From: a virus
DNA length: 64,000 bases
Direction: 5' to 3' (one strand)
IMG/VR virus record: IMGVR_UViG_3300050196_000085
Coordinates: 5,046-69,045 of that record
Shown here: in pieces, positions 1-6,338 of the stretch
Layout: each line of letters opens with the position of its first letter
How positions within the stretch are numbered: the first letter of the stretch is position 1
Made by a program: the position numbers and the translations under genes
The notes under the pieces: generated by a model
Database searches by the model: none
What the model was told of the DNA's origin: nothing
The model's input: only the letters and a program-made list of their open reading frames with translations

Positions 1-498
1 AAGTATTTCTTCCATCTTGCTGTTGCCGTCACCTGAAAGCATCGACATCATCATGAGGCTGGACATGTCCATGCCACCAGTACCTTCACCGTTGCCACCG
101 AAGAGATTGGTGAAGCTCTTGACGATGGTGACACCACGGCTGATCCCCATCATGTTGACTTTGGTGGGGACGAATCGGCTGGAATGGCCCTGTACATTGA
201 GGGTGCGAAGCGAGCCAGATTCAGTGATTTCCTGGATGAAGCCGTAAGCTTTCTTTTCGGAAACCAGAATGTCACCTGCCTTGACCTGATCTACAGGCAT
301 CAGCATTGCGAACGCTGGAATAGCCATGCCAAAAAAGTCCATAGGATTTTTGCTCAGCTCTTCGCCGTCGAAGGTGACGATGCCAGTGCCCGTCTTGATA
401 CCGGTGAGTCCGGTCTGAAGATCGTAACTCACGTTGTCGATAGGCTGAATCATGGCCGACATTGCAGTGGCCATCTTGCTCTTCATGTCCTTGAACAT
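1..498 (-). CDS. Hypothetical phage protein, partial (runs off the left edge), with Met/Gly-rich C-terminal part
   Basis: Read by hand; absent from the ORF track because no stop lies in the window. AGGAG RBS, then ATG at 498, open to position 1: MFKDMKSKMATAMSAMIQPIDNVSYDLQTG...GGMDMSSLMMMSMLSG. Confidence 0.8.
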   Translation of the reverse strand, partial: MFKDMKSKMATAMSAMIQPIDNVSYDLQTGLTGIKTGTGIVTFDGEELSKNPMDFFGMAIPAFAMLMPVDQVKAGDILVSEKKAYGFIQEITESGSLRTLNVQGHSSRFVPTKVNMMGISRGVTIVKSFTNLFGGNGEGTGGMDMSSLMMMSMLSGDGNSKMEEIL

Positions 499-785
499 CA
501 CTTTTCTCCTAAGCGTACTTGTCTGTTGATGGATGAATAGCTCCGATCCACGAGAGCAGAAATGAGCTTAGCTCTACACCTCTCTGACCGGTCTTGGGAA
601 ACAGCATTACCTGTTTATTACTCAAGCAGCTTTTTTTGGATAACCACAGTCCAGTGGGTTATTAAGAGATCTTACATCTCTCCAAGAAATTTGAATTATT
701 TTAGTGTGCCGCTGGACGCCGTTGTTCCCATTAAGCCAGTCTCGTCTGACTCACACACTCCATGAATATGAGATCGTCATCTCTT

Positions 786-852
786 GATACGACAGGATTT
801 GAACCTGCATCTCGCTCTTCCGAGCAGGAAGTCACCAATGCTTCTCCGTATC
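786..852 (-). pseudogene. Degenerate tRNA-like sequence
   Basis: GATACG/CGTATC acceptor-like stem and T-arm GCAGG-TTCAAAT-CCTGT. The anticodon arm has an aberrant 4-nt loop (GCTC-GGAA-GAGC) and there is no encoded CCA. Confidence 0.55.
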
Positions 853-902
853 TATTCATGGCCTTGGGTCCGTCGAACGGTTTCCCTTGGTCTAATTGAA
901 TT

Positions 903-1021
903 TGGCCGAGACGGGAAGAGTCGAACTTCCACTAGCCATTGCGCTATGGCATCCACCCATACACCATCGTACCTTGCCAAGCCTTATCCGGCTCCAGCTT
1001 GGTTTGGTTAGGGTCGTCTCG
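903..1021 (-). ncRNA. Oversized (119 nt) tRNA-like RNA ending in G-CCA
   Basis: Perfect 7-bp acceptor CGAGACG/CGTCTCG, canonical T-arm GGAAG-TTCGACT-CTTCC and encoded GCCA. The interior is longer than a tRNA and non-canonical. Confidence 0.5.
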
Positions 1022-1425
1022 AAACGCTAAAGGATGTGAGGCACACATGCTCTCCGTTGGCCTACGAAATTGGTTATCACCTAGTGGTGGCCTAGAGAAT
1101 TTAGGCTTCGTGGCTTCGCCTCCCAGACTTACGCAACCGGGACATCCAATTCTGTTATCTGGTTCCCCCACCTAGCTTTTGTGTCGGGGTTCTGACGTTA
1201 TGTGCGGTCTAGGCTTCGTTGTTCAGCAGAGCTTCCCTGCCTACCATGTGCTGCGTTAACGTCCTATCCTTCAGGCGTATGGTACGTGAGTACCATCATT
1301 TAGCCAACAGGTGGGTGGGAAGAGCACGACACTGATTTGGAACCAAGAAAGGAATTCAAAGCATACGTTATCCATCAGGTATGCCAGCCGACCGAAATAC
1401 CCACAGAACGGGCAGGATTAGAATA

Positions 1426-1509
1426 TGGCCTTCTCGGTTGGAATCGAACCAACGACCGATCGGATGGGTAACTCCCATCGGATAGCTGTACCAACTAAGC
1501 TACACAGGG
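1426..1509 (-). ncRNA. tRNA-like RNA with an elongated anticodon arm and weak acceptor stem
   Basis: TA-GCT-TAGTTGGTAC-AGC D-arm, arm ATCCGATGGG-AGTTA-CCCATCCGAT, variable loop CGGTC, T-arm GTTGG-TTCGATT-CCAAC and GCCA end. Only ~4 of 7 acceptor pairs form. Confidence 0.6.
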
Positions 1510-1519
1510 GTATTAGTTA

Positions 1520-1886
1520 AATCTGGTGGTTGTTACGGGACAAGGGAACCAACCCTGCTGAGCTATCCTTAGAGCTTCCCATTTGTCTCAGGCCACTTCC
1601 GCGAGGTGCCGGTCAGGTGCATTACTTCCTGACCGGCGTGAGCATGTAATGCTCCAGCACAGAAGTCATCTGTCACTGGCACGCTCCCTCTTCTCGGAGG
1701 AGCTTTCACCCCAATTCAATCGACAGGAACGGTCCCCACTGCTCCATTCTTCAGGTTGGGTCAATGGGGTTTCACACAGTCGTCTGTGTCTCTTTTCTAC
1801 CCCAACCTACTGTCGTCGCCGACAGGCTTGTCTTCTGATCCGGGCCTAACACCCATTGCAGCGAGACACCCTGTCGAAGTTTCGAG
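1520..1886 (-). ncRNA. Long highly structured RNA of unknown class
   Basis: Successive stems: CTGTCG/CGACAG, GGTTGGG/CCCAACC, ACACAG/CTGTGT, GCTCC..GGAGC, GAGCAT/ATGCTC and the 10-bp GCCGGTCAGG/CCTGACCGGC. Ends in ...CAACCACCA. Confidence 0.5.
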
Positions 1887-1954
1887 GAAGCTGCTCTAAC
1901 ACTGAGCTACCGGGGCCGTAGCCCCGTTCCCGAGTTGAACGGGCGACCTTCTTC
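1887..1954 (-). ncRNA. Circularly permuted tRNA-like element (3' half precedes 5' half)
   Basis: GAAGA-AGGTC-GCCCG-TTCAACT-CGGGA-ACGGGGC-[TACG]-GCCCCGG-TA-GCTC-AGTGTTA-GAGC-A-GCTTC; every segment has the canonical tRNA length. Confidence 0.65.
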
Positions 1955-2038
1955 TTCTGGTCTGGTGGAGTATCATGTCTGGCCAGCTAAGGGCGTATGC
2001 CCACCATGATAGCCGCTAAGCGTATCCCTCAAACCAAT

Positions 2039-2129
2039 CACGATTGGTAAAGCGGGAGGATCTCGCTTCTGCTTCAGATCCTCAAGAGCCATGCACCCGT
2101 GGGTCGGCCTATCCGCTTTATCAATCGTG
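2039..2129. ncRNA. Branched hairpin: 17-bp closing stem with internal stems
   Basis: CACGATTGGTAAAGCGG/CCGCTTTATCAATCGTG encloses GAGGATCT/AGATCCTC and a second short stem. Confidence 0.45.
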
Positions 2130-2306
2130 TTATAAATTAGATGCTGTCATCGTGAGTAGTTTCCTCATCACATCTGCCCAGCGAAGCCATTTGATTTTTA
2201 TTACAATTCACAGACCAAATCAAACTGATGGTGCTAAATCTGTGAAAGGGTCTCCCTTTATCTGGGTCTCCACCCAAATTATTCCCTTTGGTCGAGTGAA
2301 CCTAAA

Positions 2307-2392
2307 GGACATTTAGAAGACGGTTATGACCCTACGGTTTCGTCTCATAAAGACTCATCAGATAACCTTTGAAAAGCGAAGGGTCACTGTCC
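2307..2392 (-). ncRNA. Hammerhead ribozyme, type I
   Basis: GGTTAT-CTGATGA-GTCT(TTATG)AGAC-GAAA-CC(GTAG)GG-TC-ATAACC: complete CUGAUGA/GAAA/GUC core and stems I, II and III. Distal GGACA/TGTCC pairing. Predicted cleavage between 2328 and 2327. Confidence 0.9.
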
Positions 2393-2468
2393 TGCCTCAT
2401 CTTGTCTGTAAGCGACAAGCCCTAATTGGCTGACTACCGTGCCCTTGCCCTGAACTTCCGTTCCAAAA

Positions 2469-2529
2469 TGGTGAGACTTGCTTCGCTTACCCCTTCCAAT
2501 GGGTAGAACCCGCTGCTGCACCTAGACTC
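2469..2529 (-). ncRNA. Short tRNA-like unit ending in ACCA, lacking a canonical T-arm
   Basis: GAGTCT/AGTCTC acceptor-like stem with one mismatch, TACCC-ATTGGAAG-GGGTA arm, GC-GAA-GC mini-hairpin and ACCA end. Confidence 0.3.
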
Positions 2530-2727
2530 AACTAAGTGAGTGTTAGCGATTATTCTCGCAAATGGTGATTTATCCCCGTGCCTGTACTATAACGGCTTGG
2601 GGTGAAATGGGTGGCCGCTTCTAACGGCTAACTACATCGTTTGTTCATTAGGAGCTATCCCCCGGCTGGTTCGATCTAGGTTGTTGAACATTTTGGGGCG
2701 GAGCCCCAAACCACAAAAAGAATTCCT

Positions 2728-2804
2728 TGGTGCTCTCGACAGGACTTGAACCTGTAATCTCAGAAATAGAAGTTCCGTGGCCTATCCAGTTGGCCTACGA
2801 GAGC
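2728..2804 (-). tRNA. tRNA-Arg (anticodon UCU)
   Basis: GCTCTCG/CGAGAGC acceptor, GGCC D-stem, CGGAA-CTTCTAT-TTCTG anticodon arm, ACAGG-TTCAAGT-CCTGT T-arm and encoded ACCA. Confidence 0.95.
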
Positions 2805-2821
2805 GAAAACCAAGAAAACAA

Positions 2822-3373
2822 TTAAGCGGTTACAGTGATATTCTTGGTGGCAGTGAATCCACCATCCTGCGAAGTTGCAGTAATGACAGTCGAGCCGTTT
2901 GCCACACGAGTGACAAGACCGGTTGCCGAAACAGTGGCTTTCGTTGGATTACTGGATACCCAAGTGACATTGCCGTTGGATGCGCCGGAAGGCGTCTTGG
3001 TAATGCCAAGTTGTACAGTCGGAGCTGCAACAGTGATCGTGCTGGTTCCACCGGGAGTAATGGCAATGCCAGTCAGAACCACATAAGTGGTATCCTGAAC
3101 AACCGTGATACCAGCCATGTCGGTGATGTTGTTCGGGAACTGAAGCGTACCCGGAACAGCCAAACCAGTGCTGGCATTGACGTGATACAGGGCATCACGA
3201 ACATGTTGGAAGAAGACGTGGTTCACGTCAAATTCCAAATCAGCAATGGCTGGCTCAACATCTGCATGAACGAATTCACCAATCTTGTTGGAACCAGCAG
3301 GGAGAAGATCTCCCTTTGCCTGAATTGTAACCACTTTTGTGGTGTTGTTGAACGCTATCTGATAATTGGCCAT
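2822..3373 (-). CDS. Capsid decoration protein with an Ig-like (BIG2) domain, N4 gp17-like
   Basis: N-terminal NHVFFQHVRDALY motif. C-terminal Ig-like motif VTWVSSNPTKATVSATGLVTRVANGSTVITATSQDGGFTA. Confidence 0.85.
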   Translation of the reverse strand: MANYQIAFNNTTKVVTIQAKGDLLPAGSNKIGEFVHADVEPAIADLEFDVNHVFFQHVRDALYHVNASTGLAVPGTLQFPNNITDMAGITVVQDTTYVVLTGIAITPGGTSTITVAAPTVQLGITKTPSGASNGNVTWVSSNPTKATVSATGLVTRVANGSTVITATSQDGGFTATKNITVTA

Positions 3374-3432
3374 GACAGGTGCCTATCTCTTTCTTGCAAG
3401 AAGAGGTGTTCCGAAGAACACCTTGACTTAGC

Positions 3433-3912
3433 TCAATAGCCTGCTGCTAACAAGGCCACCCTCATGAGAGTGGTATTGTCGAGTGAACCGGTACGAGCTT
3501 CAGCAGCCTTTGTTTTATCACCATTGTCGGTGAAGACCTTAGCAAGCACTCTGCGAGCTTCCAGAATTTCAGGCTTCACAGCCAAGTCTGGGTGCTCTTT
3601 AATGGCGGCATCTTTCCAAGCGATTAGGTCAGCAATTTGCTCTTGGAGCTGTTTAACCTGAAGGTTCAACTTGGTTTCTGGCTTCATTTGCATCTTTGGT
3701 GGAACGATGGGTTTACCATCACCTATGTAAATCTTATGATCTTTACGCTTGAGCACACCTTTCTTGATCTGCTCAGAAATTGGTGATGTGAGTGAATTCA
3801 TCTTGATGCCGGTGAATTCACTGATTTCTCGGGGAGTTAGTCCGGGAAATTCCCGGACCGTCTCTAGTATTCTTGTGATGTTTGACATCGGCTTTGCCTC
3901 AGCTAAGGGCAT
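3433..3912 (-). CDS. Putative winged-helix DNA-binding protein
   Basis: ILETVREFPGLTPREISEFTGIKMNSLTSPISEQIKKGVL HTH pattern. Start moved to the ATG at 3912 behind a GAGGAG RBS. Confidence 0.6.
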   Translation of the reverse strand: MPLAEAKPMSNITRILETVREFPGLTPREISEFTGIKMNSLTSPISEQIKKGVLKRKDHKIYIGDGKPIVPPKMQMKPETKLNLQVKQLQEQIADLIAWKDAAIKEHPDLAVKPEILEARRVLAKVFTDNGDKTKAAEARTGSLDNTTLMRVALLAAGY

Positions 3913-5134
3913 ATTCAGTCTCCTCAATGTCCTGCCACATTTCTAGGTCCAGCTTACCGATCTGCACGGTACGGCCAATGATCTGAGAGATTAGGTAGCT
4001 CAGCAAATCACTCTTAGCGATCAGCATCAGTTGGCGTGCATATTGGATACGTAGATCGTTGGCGTAGTTTGGATGGCAACGGAAGCAGTCATGCACACTC
4101 AAGACCTTGAATGGTTTCTCAGGCAGGCTTTCCAGTAGTTCCCAGATGACAGCAGGATCGACATGTCCCAGATTATCAGCGTTCAGTGCGTTGATGATCC
4201 GAGCCGAGAGATACCCGCAGTTCTTGTAATGCTCCCAAAGGACTACAACGAGCTTATCGTCGTTGGTCTTGGTTCCGTGTCCATACACAGGCACAGGTGC
4301 CTCAACAGCAAGAAGGTCATATAGCTTGTTGACCTTCTCGGTGTTGTAGTCGCAGCGTTCACCCATTTCACGGCAGATCATGCCATCAATGGAGTGAGTA
4401 GCGTTTGCACCAAGGCTACGACCTTCTTTCATTGGTCGATTAACTTTATGGAACACCTCGAATGGCTGGTTTAGGAAGTGTACGGTTTCTTTGATGGAAT
4501 CCATGACCTTGATCTTCACATGGAAGTTGTCGGGCAATACCCAGTCGTGGCTCAAAGCTTTAGAATCCCAAAACGAAAGCATTGCTTCGTTGAGTTCCCA
4601 AGCTCCGGGTGCAGCCTCGGTCATGGTATCGTAGAACAGATCCAGCAAAGCTCCTTCACCGAACACTTGACGCGGTACAGCACGGCTGGAATACAGACTT
4701 GTCATTATGGCCTGCTTCACATCGTCACGCTTAATTTTGCTTTCTTCACCAAGCTCATCGAGCATCATGTTGTAGATGACTGTGTAGCCGTCTTGACGCT
4801 GTACCACACTGTCATCATGAAACCGGAATGGCACGACGTTGCACAGTTCAGCAGATTGACGGCAGCCGGTTAGAGCAGCCAGAAGCTGCAATCCTGAGGA
4901 TGTGGCATCCAACGAGATCATGTAGCCTGAGGGCTTGCCTGCGAGTGCATCGTTATAAGCTTTGCAGCCTGCGTAGAACATTGCAGGTTCTTTGGCCTGT
5001 GGGATCAGCTCAGCGATGTTACCATCTTTGATGCTGTCGAACCAAGCAATACGCTCATCCCAAGTGAGCTTGTCTAGCCCATACGAATTGGCGATGTCGA
5101 TCTTGAGGTACTGAATCGGAGAAAAGCGTTGCAT
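3899..5134 (-). CDS. RNA polymerase II subunit 2 (N4 gp16-like, T7-type catalytic half)
   Basis: SLDATSSGLQLL (motif A), RDDVKQAIMTSLYSS (motif B), VLSVHDCF (motif C). Confidence 0.95.
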   Translation of the reverse strand: MQRFSPIQYLKIDIANSYGLDKLTWDERIAWFDSIKDGNIAELIPQAKEPAMFYAGCKAYNDALAGKPSGYMISLDATSSGLQLLAALTGCRQSAELCNVVPFRFHDDSVVQRQDGYTVIYNMMLDELGEESKIKRDDVKQAIMTSLYSSRAVPRQVFGEGALLDLFYDTMTEAAPGAWELNEAMLSFWDSKALSHDWVLPDNFHVKIKVMDSIKETVHFLNQPFEVFHKVNRPMKEGRSLGANATHSIDGMICREMGERCDYNTEKVNKLYDLLAVEAPVPVYGHGTKTNDDKLVVVLWEHYKNCGYLSARIINALNADNLGHVDPAVIWELLESLPEKPFKVLSVHDCFRCHPNYANDLRIQYARQLMLIAKSDLLSYLISQIIGRTVQIGKLDLEMWQDIEETEYALS

Positions 5135-5635
5135 CTATTGCGTCCTTCGTTTTCTTCGGTTGTTGGCTTGCTCTTTACGAGTGGCCCATCGGCAATTACC
5201 CGGATGGTAATCACCGTCATTGTTTATTCTTTCTATGGTGAGATCTGCTTGGTATCCATTTGATTTTGCCCAACCAGCAAATGTCTCATATGTCAGCCAT
5301 TGTTGACATACTTTGATCCCACGACCACCATAGTAATCGTATTTATCGCTATTGGGATTATTGCATCTGCTCAGCATGTTACACCACGTTTTATATAAAC
5401 GTGTACCGTGCTCACCATGAGATCTAGCACGATCCCCGGTGACTTGTTTTCGAACACATCCGCAGGATGTAGTTAATCCTCTTCTAAGAGAGTTCACTAC
5501 AATATCCTGTATGTTCCCGCATGAGCAGCGTGTTGGAGCAAACCTGATAGATCTACCTGAGTAGCGTTTACTGAAAGTTGGCCCCGTTACAGTCAACTCA
5601 CCAAATTGCATTCCATTCACGTCAATTGCTTTCAT
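5135..5635 (-). CDS. Free-standing HNH homing endonuclease
   Basis: [59 protein letters not shown]; the gene is AT-rich. Confidence 0.9.
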   Translation of the reverse strand: MKAIDVNGMQFGELTVTGPTFSKRYSGRSIRFAPTRCSCGNIQDIVVNSLRRGLTTSCGCVRKQVTGDRARSHGEHGTRLYKTWCNMLSRCNNPNSDKYDYYGGRGIKVCQQWLTYETFAGWAKSNGYQADLTIERINNDGDYHPGNCRWATRKEQANNRRKRRTQ

Positions 5636-5669
5636 CACCGACTCCTTTGTTATCGGTGTAAGCTATAAT

Positions 5670-5702
5670 TTATAGTATTGCAAGTGCGGTGAACTTTTGC
5701 AT
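5670..5702 (-). pseudogene. Orphaned original 5' end of the RNAP2 gene
   Basis: GGAG RBS, then ATG CAA AAG TTC ACC GCA CTT (G) CAA TAC TAT AAA = MQKFTAL/QYYK, against RNAP2 MQRFSPIQYLK. Confidence 0.6.
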
Positions 5703-5735
5703 GATCTCTGCTCCTAGCGTCTTGAGATTGTTGGA

Positions 5736-5948
5736 TTACCAGCTTTGGTCTGGTGCTCGATTGCCGATCACCAGCCGGTTGAGATTATCTAACGTGGCGT
5801 GGTGGTAGATCTTGAATTCCCCCTTATCAAAAAGAGGAAGAACCTGCCCAACAGGCACCTCTACCCTGATGTCTCGATACTGATTGTAGATCAGAGCCTG
5901 AGGGTCTTGTCCGTTGGTGATCAACGGAATCTGAATCTTGACGATCAT
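5736..5948 (-). CDS. Hypothetical protein (70 aa)
   Basis: ORF track; ATGA overlap with the upstream small ORF. Confidence 0.75.
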   Translation of the reverse strand: MIVKIQIPLITNGQDPQALIYNQYRDIRVEVPVGQVLPLFDKGEFKIYHHATLDNLNRLVIGNRAPDQSW

Positions 5949-6079
5949 CGGAACCTCGTTTTGTGTAGAGGACGCTGCTTGGGAGCAGCCTTGTACCGAA
6001 GGTTCTTCACCTTCGGTGGCGTGTCGTCGTAAATCCCAGATGGTGTTGTACCACCTGAAAGGAATCCTCCTCTTGGCAT
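5945..6079 (-). CDS. Small basic hypothetical protein (44 aa)
   Basis: Read by hand: MPRGGFLSGGTTPSGIYDDTPPKVKNLRYKAAPKQRPLHKTRFR; its stop overlaps the next ATG. Confidence 0.55.
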   Translation of the reverse strand: MPRGGFLSGGTTPSGIYDDTPPKVKNLRYKAAPKQRPLHKTRFR

Positions 6080-6114
6080 GTGAAAGAAGAACAGACCGAG
6101 GTATGAGTATCTGA

Positions 6115-6306
6115 TCATGGTCCTACCCTATTGGTTCTGATCTCGTATGCGAGATTGCTGATCCTTCTGCGAAGAGCATCAGCTTCACGCTTTTGATCTT
6201 CATGGACGGTTGGTGAAGAGCAAATGTCTTCCATGGCTCGACTGGCCATAGCCAGCTTGCCTTGAAGTCCATTATGTCTCCAGATGAGCATTCGTTTGAG
6301 GCTCAT
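6115..6306 (-). CDS. Hypothetical protein (63 aa)
   Basis: ORF track; GAGG RBS. Confidence 0.7.
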   Translation of the reverse strand: MSLKRMLIWRHNGLQGKLAMASRAMEDICSSPTVHEDQKREADALRRRISNLAYEIRTNRVGP

Positions 6307-6338
6307 ACCTCGATCACTTCTGGTTCTGCCAACTCAAG
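6303..6338 (-). pseudogene. Orphaned original 3' end of the RNAP1 gene
   Basis: CTT GAG TTG GCA GAA CCA GAA GTG ATC GAG GTA TGA = LELAEPEVIEV*, against the RNAP1 end IQLADEEIISME*. Confidence 0.6.

Larger units (their letters stand above)
500..2810 (-). other. tRNA/structured-ncRNA cluster with no credible ORF
   Basis: Track ORFs here lack RBSs and protein-like character. The region has dense hairpins, several T-loop (TTCRANT) arms and repeated NCCA ends on the minus strand. Confidence 0.8.

Noticed and set aside
1085-1175. Twister/twister-sister-like arrangement (CCCG-GUUGCGUAAGUC-UGGG plus a GGC-GAA-GCC arm)
   Set aside because: Loop lengths and pseudoknot pairings do not fit; kept only as one of the CCA-ended units.
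1745-1815. CUGAAGA next to a GGUUGGG/CCCAACC stem, suggesting a hammerhead
   Set aside because: No stem II closing onto GAAA, and the would-be cleavage triplet ends in G.
1520-1954. Two-piece (permuted) tmRNA
   Set aside because: No G3-U70 alanine identity, a true D-stem is present, and no tag reading frame is recognisable.
2138-2176. Second hammerhead-like string (GUGAUGAG-GAAAC within an AGAUG/CAUCU stem, minus strand)
   Set aside because: C3 is replaced by G without a compensating change at position 8, stem II is absent, and there is no NUH site in register.
2405-2435. ACAAGCCCUAAUU resembling a twister core
   Set aside because: The P2, T1 and T2 pairings cannot be formed.
562-3439. Plus-strand ORFs in the ORF track across the RNA cluster and opposite the gp17-like gene
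   Set aside because: No RBS or recognisable motifs, and they lie antisense to tRNA-like or coding elements.
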